Positions 30,111 through 39,950 of a stretch of DNA of 64,000 nucleotides are shown one piece after another. A program made the position numbers and the translations under genes. Source of the stretch: Alphaproteobacteria bacterium (GTDB taxonomy: Bacteria; Pseudomonadota; Alphaproteobacteria; MPNO01; UBA830); the NCBI GenBank assembly GCA_965243135.1, contig OZ251539.1, forward strand, positions 1,056,001-1,120,000, written 5' to 3'. Numbering within the stretch: position 1 is the stretch's first letter; every line of letters starts with the position of its first letter. Under the pieces are notes generated by a model. The model did not search any database, was not told the origin of the DNA, and saw nothing but the letters and a program-made list of their open reading frames with translations.

Positions 30111-32458
30111 GATTTCTCCTTGGCTGCGCGTATCGCCCGGTAGAGTCGCCGGGGGGTCAGCGGCGTTTCGCGGATTTCGGCGTCGATGCCGGCCGCGAGA
30201 AGGGCGTCGCGGACCGCGTTGGCGATGGCGGCCGGAGGCGCGATCGCGCCGCCTTCGCCCATGCCCTTCATTCCGTATTCCGTGCCGAGGGCGGGCGTGA
30301 CCGCGTGGTCGATGCGGAAACGGGTCAGCGCGGTCGGTCCCGGCCAGTGATAGTCGGCGAAGGTGGACGCCATCGGCTGCCCGGATTCGTCGTACGGGAT
30401 CTCCTCGAACAACGCGGTTCCCACGCCCTGCGCCGCGCCGCCGGCGATCTGGCCGTCGACGATCATCGGATTGACGACCGTGCCGCAGTCCTCGGCGACC
30501 GCGTAATCGAGAATCCGGACTTCGCCGGTTTCGGGATCGACCAGAACCACGGCGGCGTGGGTCGCGTAGGAGAACACGCCCGACGTCACCTCCGGCTCGT
30601 AGACCGAGGTTTCCTCGAGGGCCGGCGTCTCCCCTTCCGGAAGGAGGTCCTGGCGGAGGTGGGCGATCCCGGCGATTTCCGCGACCGTCATCGACGCCTC
30701 GCCGGCGCGGACGGCGCCGCCGCGCAGTTCGACTTCCGACTCCCCGCACTGAAGCAGATGAGCGGCGACGCGCCTGATCTTGCCGGCGAGAGCGCGGCAG
30801 GCCTTCGCGGACGCGCCGCCCGCCATGACCATGGAGCGGGAGGCGAAAGTGCCGTTGCCGTATGGCGATACGGCGGTGTCGCCGTATCTCACGATCACGT
30901 CTTCGATGTCGAGGCCGAGTTCCTCGCAAGCGACCTGGGCGAGGGTCGTCTCCATGCCCTGGCCGTGGCTGTGAACGGCGACGAGGAGTTCGAGGGTGCC
31001 GTCCGCGTGCATCCGGGCGGTCGCGGTTTCGAACGCGGGGATGACCGGGGTCCCCCGGATCTTCCATTCCTGGGCGCCGTGCGCGGTTTGCTCCGAATAG
31101 CTGGCGAAGCCGATTCCGACGAGGCGTCCGTCGGCGCGCCCGGCGGCGCGTTCCCTCGCCACCCGGGGCATGTTCACGGCCGCCGCCGCCTTCTCCGCGC
31201 TCACGGGGTAATCGCCGGTGTCGAAACGCAGGCCGGCGACGCTGGTGCAGGGCAGCTTTTTCACCATGTTTTCGCGGCGCACGTCGTACGGCGACCGGCC
31301 CGCCGCCCGGGCCACCTCGTCCAGGGTGCGTTCGATCGCGAAACAGGCGCCGGGGCGGGCGACTCCGCGATAGGGGCCGAGCGGCGGCTTGTTGGTGGCG
31401 ACCGTCCATGTTTCCGCGCGCAGCGCCTCGATGCGGTAAGGGCCGGGCAGGTTGCGCGCCGCCATCCCGGTTTCGAGGAAGGGGCCGCCCGGCCAGATCG
31501 AATACGCGCCGGCGTCCACGATCACGGCGGCGTCGATGCCGAGGATGCGTCCGCGGGAATCGGCGTAGGCCGCGATCCGGTACCAGTGCTCCCGGGCCTG
31601 GTTGTTCGAGGTGATGTTTTCACGCCGGTCTTCGATCCAGCGCACCGGCCGGCCGGTTTTCAGGGCGGCGGCGCAAACCATGATCTCCTCCGGCATCATG
31701 CGGTTCTTCGAGCCGAAGCCGCCGCCGACGTCCGGCGAAACCACCCGCAGTCGGCGTTCCGGAAGCCCGAGGCACGCGGCGATCCCGACCCGCATCACGT
31801 GCGGCCCCTGGGTTCCGAGATACAGGACCAGCTCGTCGCGGCGGTCGTCCGGCACGGCGAACGCCGCGCGGCACTCGAGGGGCATCGCGCCGTGCCGGTT
31901 GAGCCGGTATTCGTTGGCGACGACGATCTCGGCCGCGCGGCGGGCGGCGTCGATGTCGCCGCCTTCGACGACGCGCTCGATATAAACGTTGGCGGGCCAC
32001 GTCTCGTGCAGGAGCGGGCCCGCGCCCCTTGCCGCTTCGCGTCCGTCGACGACGGCCGGCAGTTCCTCGATGTCGAGCGCGACGCCCGCCGCGACGTCTT
32101 CGGCTTCGGCGCGGGTCGGGGCGAGGCATATGGCGACGGGCTGGCCGGCGTAACGCACCTTGCCCACCGCGAACGGGGGAAAGTCCGAAGACCTGAAGCC
32201 CGGTATCCGGGGCGCCGCCCGAATGGGCTTGACGTTCGGGAAGTCGGCATGTCCGAAGACGCGGCAGCCGGGCGAAACGACGCCCGCATTCATTCCGCGC
32301 AGTTCGCCGTGGGCGACCGGACTGCGGACGATCGCGGCTTCCAGCGCGCCCTCGGCCGGGACGTCGGCGACGAAGTTTCCCTTGCCCGCGAGGTGGCGTG
32401 CGTCCTCCTTGCGCAGGACGCGCGCGCCGATTCCGGAGGGGTTGGACACGGCGTTCAA
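30107..32458 (-). CDS. Xanthine dehydrogenase-family molybdopterin-binding large subunit
   Basis: RKEDARHL, GGGFGSK, PYRGVAR, SHGQG, KGMGE. Confidence 0.92.
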   Translation of the reverse strand: MNAVSNPSGIGARVLRKEDARHLAGKGNFVADVPAEGALEAAIVRSPVAHGELRGMNAGVVSPGCRVFGHADFPNVKPIRAAPRIPGFRSSDFPPFAVGKVRYAGQPVAICLAPTRAEAEDVAAGVALDIEELPAVVDGREAARGAGPLLHETWPANVYIERVVEGGDIDAARRAAEIVVANEYRLNRHGAMPLECRAAFAVPDDRRDELVLYLGTQGPHVMRVGIAACLGLPERRLRVVSPDVGGGFGSKNRMMPEEIMVCAAALKTGRPVRWIEDRRENITSNNQAREHWYRIAAYADSRGRILGIDAAVIVDAGAYSIWPGGPFLETGMAARNLPGPYRIEALRAETWTVATNKPPLGPYRGVARPGACFAIERTLDEVARAAGRSPYDVRRENMVKKLPCTSVAGLRFDTGDYPVSAEKAAAAVNMPRVARERAAGRADGRLVGIGFASYSEQTAHGAQEWKIRGTPVIPAFETATARMHADGTLELLVAVHSHGQGMETTLAQVACEELGLDIEDVIVRYGDTAVSPYGNGTFASRSMVMAGGASAKACRALAGKIRRVAAHLLQCGESEVELRGGAVRAGEASMTVAEIAGIAHLRQDLLPEGETPALEETSVYEPEVTSGVFSYATHAAVVLVDPETGEVRILDYAVAEDCGTVVNPMIVDGQIAGGAAQGVGTALFEEIPYDESGQPMASTFADYHWPGPTALTRFRIDHAVTPALGTEYGMKGMGEGGAIAPPAAIANAVRDALLAAGIDAEIRETPLTPRRLYRAIRAAKEKS

Positions 32459-33660
32459 GTAACGGCGTTCGCCTGCTCGAGGCTGGCGTAGAGACCGGCG
32501 TTGAGACAATAGGCACGATGCCGCCCGGGGTCCTCGGCCGTCCGGCGCACGTCGTCCAGCTGGCGGCGGCGCGCCTCGGGATCCCTGGCCTCCATCAATT
32601 TCTTGTTGGCGATCGAGGTCGCCTGGACGCCGTCCATCTGCGCCTTGCGCCGCTGGCGGCTGTAGAGGTCGAGCAAGGCGTCGGAAGCGCCGCCGATCAC
32701 CGCGGACAGCTTTTCCGCGAGGTTGACGGCGTCGTGAATGCCGCCGTTCATGCCGAGGCCTCCGATGGGGTTGTTGACGTGAGCCGCGTCGCCGGCGATC
32801 AGGGCGCGTTCCTTGCGGAAGCTCTCGGCGACGCGCTGGTGGACGTGATAAATACCGGCGTAAATGACGTTGTAATCGCCGTTTTTGGGGAAAAACTTCT
32901 GGAGTCGGCCCTGGATGCCCTCGCGGTCGAGGCATTCGGCGTCCGTTTCGCCCACGCGGGTGGGAAAGACCGTCCGCCAGATCCCGGGAGGCCCGTAGCC
33001 GGCGACCTTGAAGAGGTTGCACCACTCGTCCGGATCGGAAAAGAAGTTGCGATAGCAGAGAGCTTGTCCGGCTTCTAGGAAGTCGAAGTCCGAACCGATC
33101 TTCACGAAGCGCTCGGGATAGGTGAAGCCGACGAATTCGATGCCGGCGGCGAGCCGGACGGCCGAGCCGAAGCCGTCGCAACCGACGACCCAGGAGGCGG
33201 CCAGCCGCTCCTCTTCGCCGTCTTCGTTCTCGAAGAGAACGTCGATCGAGTCCGCGCGCTGCCGCAGGCCTTTCGCTTTGCAGGAAAAACGCAGCGTCGC
33301 GTCCCGGCCGATCTCCTCGATGATGGTCCGCACCAGCTTGAACTGTTCGTACTGGACCACGAAGGGAAACGCGGTCATGTCGGACAGGGCGGAGAAATCG
33401 AACTCCGCCACCAGATCGCCGGTCACCCTGTCGCGGTAGTGGAAGGTCGGGGACACCAGGCCTTTCTCCACGATCCGGTCGGCGACGCCGAGTTCCGCCA
33501 GCATTTCCAGCGACGACGGCTGGATGGCGGCGGCCCGCTGGTCCTCGATCGGCGCGGCTTCGCGTTCGAGGAGCGTGACCGGCACGCCGCGGCGATGGAG
33601 CGCGAGAGTCAGCACCATGCCGACTGGACCGCATCCGACCACGACCACTTCCGAAGCCAT
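32455..33660 (-). CDS. FAD-dependent monooxygenase (FAD_binding_3; MhpA-like)
   Basis: GCGPVG, GCDG, AGDAAHVNNPIGGLGMNGGIHDA. Confidence 0.9.
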   Translation of the reverse strand: MASEVVVVGCGPVGMVLTLALHRRGVPVTLLEREAAPIEDQRAAAIQPSSLEMLAELGVADRIVEKGLVSPTFHYRDRVTGDLVAEFDFSALSDMTAFPFVVQYEQFKLVRTIIEEIGRDATLRFSCKAKGLRQRADSIDVLFENEDGEEERLAASWVVGCDGFGSAVRLAAGIEFVGFTYPERFVKIGSDFDFLEAGQALCYRNFFSDPDEWCNLFKVAGYGPPGIWRTVFPTRVGETDAECLDREGIQGRLQKFFPKNGDYNVIYAGIYHVHQRVAESFRKERALIAGDAAHVNNPIGGLGMNGGIHDAVNLAEKLSAVIGGASDALLDLYSRQRRKAQMDGVQATSIANKKLMEARDPEARRRQLDDVRRTAEDPGRHRAYCLNAGLYASLEQANAVT

Positions 33661-33663
33661 GTC

Positions 33664-34719
33664 CTATTCCCGTTCGAGATGGAGCCGCGCCATGAACGGC
33701 ACGAAGGGGTGAATTCCAAGAGCGGCGAAAGCGGCTTCGTCCATGTTCACGAGCGCCCGCCGCTCGTCTTCGGTCAGGTCGACGCAGGATGCGAACCCCT
33801 CGCGATCCGCCGAAAAGCGCGCACGGGTCTCCGCGTCGTTCGCGATGCGGTGAAGGGTCTCGGTCAGCAGGACCCTTTCCGGCGCGACGGGCGGGTAATG
33901 CGGCGGCGCGTCGTCCGCGGCCGGCTCCGACCACCACGCCAGGGTCGCGTAGTTGTGATGCCAGCTCGGATCGAACGAGACGGCGTCCGGCGCTCTTTCT
34001 CCCAGCATTCCTGCCGCGACGGCCCAGCACCGCAGTTCGATGTTGCCGGTCTCGTCGAGAATTCTCTCGTCGAGCGACAGAAGCCAGCGCAGGTTTCCGC
34101 GTCCCAGTTCGTCCATCAGTTTGAGGTCGAAGCCTGTGGCGGGCCTGGCGTAACGGTCCGTGCCCGGAAAGTGCGACAGTCCTCCGCTCGCCACCACGAC
34201 CGCCCGCAGGTCCATGGCCGCCATGGCGCGATCGATCGCTTGCCCAAGGTGATAGCATCGCTCGATGCGGGGTTGCGGCGGAACGTAGGCGTTCACATAG
34301 AGCGGGACGATCGGGCCGTCCATTTCGAGAAAGGTCAGCGGTATGCCGAACGCGTAGTCCAGTTCGGCGTTGCTGGTGAAGGCGGGGTCGAATTTCTCGT
34401 CCTGCAGATAGCGCAGCAGCGCGGTGGCCGCCGCGCTGTCCACGTCGAACCTGAATTCCCGGCCCGCGAAGGCGCCGCGGGCTTCGGCGCCGCGGTGGAT
34501 CGCGAAGGACGGCACGCAGCGAAGCAGGAACTGATTGGCATGGTCGTTGGCGACCGCGACGACGACGTCGGCGTCGAGCGCCTTCAGGCGCTTTCCGTTC
34601 TCGGCGGCCAGCCGCCGGACGCGGTTCACCGTTTCGAGGTCCTCCGTATCGGGCAGCGTGAAGAATTGCGGCGCGTGGGCCATGCAGACGCCGCCGACGA
34701 CGCCAGTCCCGGTCTTCAC
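33664..34719 (-). CDS. Class III extradiol dioxygenase with fused C-terminal LigA-like domain
   Basis: MAHAPQF, ANDH, SGGLSHF, GNIELRCW; C-terminal RARFSADREGF..LTEDERRAL. Confidence 0.82.
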   Translation of the reverse strand: MKTGTGVVGGVCMAHAPQFFTLPDTEDLETVNRVRRLAAENGKRLKALDADVVVAVANDHANQFLLRCVPSFAIHRGAEARGAFAGREFRFDVDSAAATALLRYLQDEKFDPAFTSNAELDYAFGIPLTFLEMDGPIVPLYVNAYVPPQPRIERCYHLGQAIDRAMAAMDLRAVVVASGGLSHFPGTDRYARPATGFDLKLMDELGRGNLRWLLSLDERILDETGNIELRCWAVAAGMLGERAPDAVSFDPSWHHNYATLAWWSEPAADDAPPHYPPVAPERVLLTETLHRIANDAETRARFSADREGFASCVDLTEDERRALVNMDEAAFAALGIHPFVPFMARLHLERE

Positions 34720-35480
34720 GACGTTTCCTTCTTGCGCATGTGGCGTCGCGGGTCGTCCTCGAACGCCCGTTCGTGAATGTCCCAGCCGAGCCGAAGCAGG
34801 GGACCCGCGACCTCCGCCAGTTCCTGGACGGCCCCGATCAGCTCCCGGCTTTGCGCCACCCGGTCGGCGACGTCGCGGCTTACGAGAAAATGCTTCCATT
34901 TGATGTATTCGCCCGCCGGCGAATCGGCGTGCTGCCGGAAGCCTCGCGGCATCGTCCGCAGGGCGCCGCGGTGCCTGAGGGCGTACCGGCCGCGAGGGGC
35001 GGCGAACGGCGCGACGAGGTCGAGGAATTCTTCGGGACGGTCGGCGATGCAGGTTCGCCAAGCGTGCAGAAATTCCTTTCCGGGGGAATAGAAGCCGGCC
35101 GACACGAAGGACGCGCCGGGCTGGACGTGAATGTAGAGGAGGCCGGGGTCTCCCTTGCTTCCGGAGCGCGTCAGCACCGCGCCGGCATGGGTCTTGTACG
35201 GGCTCTTGTCCTTGGAGAAACGGACGTCTCTATGTATGCGGAACATGCCGCGGGCGGGGTCGCCCCGGAGAGGAAAGCCGTCGGGCGCCCGGCCCGGCGC
35301 GAACTCGGCGAGCAGGCATTCCATCGGAAACTTCACTTCGGCATCGTAAAGATTCTTGCGGGCCTTGAACCATGCGCGTTCGTTGTTTTCGGAGAGCGCC
35401 GCGAGAAAGGCGAACGCCTCCGCCGAGAATCCCTGGAAGTCCGGTCTGACGTCCGCTGGAAATTCGAGCGGTTTTTTCAT
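34716..35480 (-). CDS. DUF2461 / TIGR02453 family protein
   Basis: NNERAWF, FRIHRDVRFSKDKSPYKT. Confidence 0.9.
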   Translation of the reverse strand: MKKPLEFPADVRPDFQGFSAEAFAFLAALSENNERAWFKARKNLYDAEVKFPMECLLAEFAPGRAPDGFPLRGDPARGMFRIHRDVRFSKDKSPYKTHAGAVLTRSGSKGDPGLLYIHVQPGASFVSAGFYSPGKEFLHAWRTCIADRPEEFLDLVAPFAAPRGRYALRHRGALRTMPRGFRQHADSPAGEYIKWKHFLVSRDVADRVAQSRELIGAVQELAEVAGPLLRLGWDIHERAFEDDPRRHMRKKETS

Positions 35481-35624
35481 GCCCGCAATATAGCGCCATT
35501 CGTTCCGTCGATTCCAGAGCGGACGCGGCTTCGGGCCGAGGCCGGCCGAAAGCGGTCCGGCGCCTGCCGCGCGGCGGGCCGGAAGCGCCGGTCGAACGCC
35601 GCGGCACCGGAACTTTCGGGCGGG

Positions 35625-36287
35625 CTACCGATCCGCCGGCTCGACCGAAATGTCGCCGTACCAGCCCCGCGCCGAGAGGCCGCTGTCGTCGGTATCGGTC
35701 ATGATGGCGACATGGGTGATTTTCCGGATGTCGCGGCCGAACAGCCTCTTGAAGTCCTCGCGCATGTTCCGCCGGTGAACGCGCCATTCGCCGGCGCGCC
35801 GGTCGCCGGAGTCGACGGCGACCATGCGGACGTTGCCGGTGTAGGGGTTCGGCCACGAGGATCCTTCGGGTTGCCGGCTCGCCCAGACGTAGGCGACGGA
35901 TTGCGGAAGGGACAGCCATCCTTCGCCCGAGGTCACGAAATAGACGCGGACCGCGAAATCGTCGCCCTCGCGGCTCCGTTCGTCGGGAGGGTTCACCGGC
36001 GCCGACACCCGCCACCGCCAGGCCAGAACCGGGGTCTCGACGAGGTCGATGTCGCGTTCGAAGACAAGGCCCGAAGCGGCGCCTTCGCTCGCCGCTTCAA
36101 GGACCAGGGCGCCGTTTTCCTCGACCAGCCGGTAGGACGTTTCGCCGACGAAGCTCTTCGGCGTCCAGCCCGTCAGATCCCCTGACGAAAACCGTCCGAT
36201 TTCTTCCGCCGCCGCAAGGCCGGGACCGGCAAGGAGCGAACCGAGGAACGCCCAACCGCGTAGCCGCTTTCCGATCAAGCCAGTCAT
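35625..36287 (-). CDS. DUF3047 domain protein (exported)
   Basis: Signal peptide, TPVLAWRW, GDDFAVRVY, AIMTDTDD. Confidence 0.85.
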   Translation of the reverse strand: MTGLIGKRLRGWAFLGSLLAGPGLAAAEEIGRFSSGDLTGWTPKSFVGETSYRLVEENGALVLEAASEGAASGLVFERDIDLVETPVLAWRWRVSAPVNPPDERSREGDDFAVRVYFVTSGEGWLSLPQSVAYVWASRQPEGSSWPNPYTGNVRMVAVDSGDRRAGEWRVHRRNMREDFKRLFGRDIRKITHVAIMTDTDDSGLSARGWYGDISVEPADR

Positions 36288-36604
36288 CGACCTCGGTCCT
36301 TTCGGGATTCCGGAAGGCCGCGCCGCGGCGCCTCCAGGCGCGCGGCGGCGAACCTGTCGCGAAAGCAGTATCTGAACCGGCTGGCGGGCAAGTCAAGGCG
36401 GCCGGCGGCAATTCGCAGGGAGCGAGATCCGGGCAGCCCGAGGGAGCGGCGGCTCGGCAGCCTTTGGCCATGTCTCCTTGCCGTTCATCGACGGAGATTG
36501 ACCGCCTGACCTTTCCGCTGCAGGTCGGTCGGCCGCCATGCATGTCGCGCTTCAAGCTTGAGAGGGCAGCATCAAAAACGGCGAAACAAACCCAATCACT
36601 CATG

Positions 36605-36738
36605 GTTGCCGTCGCGCGCGACGGGCGCCGCCAAGCTGCACCGAGCGGCGCCTCGCCCCGGCGCTCTCCCGGCTGGACGGGCCTGCGTTCAGGCAGCCGG
36701 AAAGCGGAAGCAGGCGCGAAAAAGGGCGCAACGCCTCG
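36605..36738 (+). repeat. Degenerate copy of rpn 3' end and downstream DNA (matches 57064-57261)
   Basis: Shared GTCGCGCGCGACGGGCG..GCTGCAC, GCCCCGGCGCTCT, CGGAAGCAGGCGCGAAAAAGGGCGC. Confidence 0.85.
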
Positions 36739-36744
36739 AACTGA

Positions 36745-36774
36745 TTGACCGTTTCCGTTGCGGCAGCCTATTCT
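36745..36774 (+). promoter_or_regulatory. Putative leaderless promoter with IS-end-like -35
   Basis: TTGACC-18-TATTCT, ATG 6 nt later; 20-mer matches reverse complement of ISNCY right end at 18/20. Confidence 0.6.
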
Positions 36775-36780
36775 AACCGG

Positions 36781-38328
36781 ATGGAAAAACGCATGCTTCC
36801 GACCGGGATGGCTTCCCTCCGGGAGATCCGGAGGATGGACTGCTACTACGTCGACAAGACGGACCATATGCGCCGCCTCGTCGAGAGGGGCAAGTACTAT
36901 TTCCTGTCGCGTCCGCGCCGGTTCGGCAAGACCCTCCTGGTGGACACGCTGCAGAAGCTGTTCGAGGGAAGCGAGGAGTTGTTTCGGGGCCTCGCCGTGC
37001 ACGGCAGGTGGGACTGGTCGGCGCGCCACCCGGTCGTGCGGCTGGATTTCAGCGGCGTGGGCCGTTTCGACGGCCCGGACGGGGTTCGGGGCACCGTGGA
37101 AGCGCAGTTGGAAGAGATGGAGATGCAGGCCGGCCTCGAACCGGGTCCCCCCGGGGCGGCGGTCCGTTTCCGGCGCCTGATAAGGACGCTGCACGAGCGC
37201 GCCGGGCAGCGGACGGTCGTGCTGGTGGACGAATACGACAAGCCGATCCTGGACGCGCTCGGCGACCGGGAGCTGGCGCTGGCCAACCGCGACTTCCTGC
37301 GCAGCCTGTACGGGGTTATCAAGGCCTGCGACGAACAGCTCCGTTTCGTTTTCCTGACGGGAGTGAGCAAGTTCTCGCAGGCGGGCCTGTTCTCGGGCCT
37401 GAACAACCTGATCGACGTCACGCTGGAGCCGGAGTTCTCGTCCATCTGCGGCTACACGGACGCGGAACTGGACGCGGTCTTCGCCCCGGAACTCGAGGGC
37501 CTGGACCGGGACAAGGTCCGCCGCTGGTACAACGGCTACAACTGGCGAGGCGCGGAGAAACTCTACAACCCGTACGATGTCCTGCTGCTTTTCCGACGCC
37601 GTCAGTTCGAGGCGCACTGGTTCCGGACCGGCACGCCGACCTTCCTCGCCGACCTTCTGTCGCGGCGCCGGGTCTCGGCGCCGGCCCTGGAGGGCATGAT
37701 CGCGGACGACGCGTTGCTGTCGGCCATCGACGTCGACCGCATTCCCGTCGAGGCGCTTCTGTTCCAGACCGGCTACCTGACCATCGTTGGCGAGGAACTG
37801 GACGAGGACGCGCTTCTCTACCGGCTGGACTACCCGAACCAGGAGGTGAGGCGCAGCCTGAACGCGCTCCTGCTGGAGACGATGGCGCCGGGCGTCGCGG
37901 TCGCGGCGGAAAGCCGGGAGCTGCGCCGCCTGATGCGCGCGAACGACTTCGCGGGCCTCGAGCGGCTGTTCCGGGCGTTCCTGGCGAGCATTCCGAACGA
38001 GTGGTACGCGAACACGGGCCTGGCGGGCTACGAGGCGCACTACGCGAGCGTGTTCTACTCGCACTTCGTGGCGGCGGGGATGGACGTCCGCGCGGAGGAG
38101 AGCACGGTGCGTGGACGCTCGGACCTGACGGTCCTGTACGACGGCGGCGTCTACCTGTTCGAGTTCAAGGTCATGGACGGGAAGCCGGAAGGGCGGGCGC
38201 TGGCGCAGATTCGGGAGCGCGGCTACGCGGACAAGTACCGGAGTCTGGACGTGCCGGTCCACCTGATCGGCATCGAGTTCGGCCGGGAGGAGCGCAACAT
38301 CGTCGGGTTCGAGTTCGAGACCGTCTGA
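36781..38328 (+). CDS. AAA-ATPase-like + PD-(D/E)XK nuclease (PDDEXK_9) protein
   Basis: YYVDKT, SRPRRFGKT, LVDEYDKP, FLTGVSKF, GRSDL...FEFKV. Confidence 0.92.
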   Translation: MEKRMLPTGMASLREIRRMDCYYVDKTDHMRRLVERGKYYFLSRPRRFGKTLLVDTLQKLFEGSEELFRGLAVHGRWDWSARHPVVRLDFSGVGRFDGPDGVRGTVEAQLEEMEMQAGLEPGPPGAAVRFRRLIRTLHERAGQRTVVLVDEYDKPILDALGDRELALANRDFLRSLYGVIKACDEQLRFVFLTGVSKFSQAGLFSGLNNLIDVTLEPEFSSICGYTDAELDAVFAPELEGLDRDKVRRWYNGYNWRGAEKLYNPYDVLLLFRRRQFEAHWFRTGTPTFLADLLSRRRVSAPALEGMIADDALLSAIDVDRIPVEALLFQTGYLTIVGEELDEDALLYRLDYPNQEVRRSLNALLLETMAPGVAVAAESRELRRLMRANDFAGLERLFRAFLASIPNEWYANTGLAGYEAHYASVFYSHFVAAGMDVRAEESTVRGRSDLTVLYDGGVYLFEFKVMDGKPEGRALAQIRERGYADKYRSLDVPVHLIGIEFGREERNIVGFEFETV

Positions 38329-38462
38329 ACGGCCGTCCGCCGCCGATGTCCCCGTGCCGGTTCGAGAGCCTCGGAGGTTCTCCCGACGCGGCGCTTGGTT
38401 TCGTCTTTGCGCAGTGGTCGCGTCTTGCTTTCCTGCGCGACGGCATTGGGGGGAGCGACCGA

Positions 38463-38558
38463 CGAGACGCTGAAGAAGCTGAAGTCGTTCGAGGAGACAG
38501 AGGGGTGAGGGATCGTCGTCGGCCGAACGGCAGGCTGTCGACGAGAGTCGGGCAGGGC
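38463..38558 (+). pseudogene. Internal rpn fragment (matches 56749-56860)
   Basis: CGAGACGCTGAAGAAGCTGAAGTCGTTCGAGGAGACAG and CAGGCTGTCGACGAGAGTCGGGC identical to rpn. Confidence 0.85.
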
Positions 38559-38873
38559 CGCGCGGCCGAGCAGCGACGTCCGTGCGCGCGCCGAAAAACG
38601 CTTGCAGGCAGCGAGCGACGCTTCCGCTCGTCCCGCCGACGGCGTCCGGCCCGGTCGAGCATCGGCCGAACGTCGTTCGGCCCCCGCGTGTTTTTCGCCG
38701 CCGGCGCGTTGGCGGCGAAGATGTCCGGAACTGCCGGTTCGCCCCCTGCTTGAACGGCCTTTCCCTTTCGTCGGGCTATGCTGAAGTATGAACTCGCCCT
38801 AGCGCAAACGTCTCTCCCTTGACGATCGGCGCCGCGGATACTGTCTCTGGAACCATCTCTGGAAAGTACGCTC

Positions 38874-39070
38874 ATGACCGCCTTCGAGATCGCCGGACTC
38901 GCCGTCACTTCCGCCAACGCGTCCGCGGCCGTCGGCGTTTGGCGTCCGCGCCAACGACGAACGCGCGCAACAACAGCGTGCGGCCATGCGGGATCAGCGC
39001 GAAGCCGACGAACGCCGCCACGAGGAGAACATGACGGCGCTCAAGGCGCTGATAGCCGACCGCCAGACCG
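38874..39070 (+). pseudogene. Small TM/coiled-coil protein, apparently frameshifted
   Basis: MTAFEIAGLAV... followed in another frame by MRDQREADERRHEENMTALKALI. Confidence 0.35.
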
Positions 39071-39901
39071 CCGCGCCGGAAACCGTCGCCGAACGGACGA
39101 CGGGGCGGAACAAAGGGCGCCTGACGCCGTTCCCCGCCGGCGAGACCTCGAAGTCGAGCGACTGTCGCGGTCAAGCGGGGCGCAAGTCCCGGTACCCGGT
39201 ACCGGCGCTGTCGTTCGCGACCGACCGCGGCGCCGGCGCGCCTCCCGCTTCGGTGCGCGCGGGGCCGGCGACAACGCCGCGGCGCGAAACTCGACGAGTG
39301 ACCTTTTCTCCGTTTCTCGCGCAAGGCTTACCGCGGACGGCGGCCAGGAACCCGGCAAGCGCGACGGCGACCCGGGTTGTCGCCCCCGCCGGGCCTCTCG
39401 TCGCTCTTCCGCACGGTGCGCTCGCTCTTGTGGCTGAACTTGTCAAGCTTGCGCGCCGCGGGCGTCGCTCGTGGAGTCGCTGCCTCGACTTCGCCGTGGG
39501 CGGCCCGCTCAAGCTCGTTCGCCGAAGAGGCCGACTTCAGGCGTTTCGGCTCGTTGCGCGCCGCCTCGGCGGCACCGCGTTAACGCCGCCCTTGCCTCCG
39601 CGCAACGCGCGCGCCTCGTCCCGTTGGGGCGTTGCCGACGGCAAAGCCCCCCGTCCGTCGGTCGCAAGTGCGCGCCCGTGTCCGGTCCTAGGATGAAATT
39701 TTTTCGTCCCCCGGGTAGCGAACGCTTACCGAAATTCAGATCTCCCGGCGTTGCCGGGAAATTCTTACCGGGGAGGCGTAATCGTCGATTTTATCGATGC
39801 GGGCGTTGCCGCCCGAAAAGGCGCGGGACAACGACGCCCAACATGCGAGGTTTGAAGGGAATGGAGAATCGTTTGTCCATGGCGTCCCGCTTGACGCGTT
39901 C

Positions 39902-39939
39902 CGGATAATTCGCCGGCAAGTTTGCCGGCGAATTATCCG
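39902..39939. repeat. Perfect 18-bp inverted repeat with 2-nt spacer
   Basis: CGGATAATTCGCCGGCAA-GT-TTGCCGGCGAATTATCCG, followed 7 nt later by TTGACA. Confidence 0.9.
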
Positions 39940-39950
39940 TATCGTCTTGA

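Noticed and set aside
30107-34258. 1383-aa ORF as a giant fusion protein
   Set aside because: Only 30107-32458 resembles a Mo-hydroxylase; the upstream part is an off-frame GC-rich read-through overlapping two real genes
39420-39620. Possible additional rpn remnant on the minus strand
   Set aside because: Only short matches (GCGGCGCGCAAG, CTGAAGTCG); not distinguishable from chance
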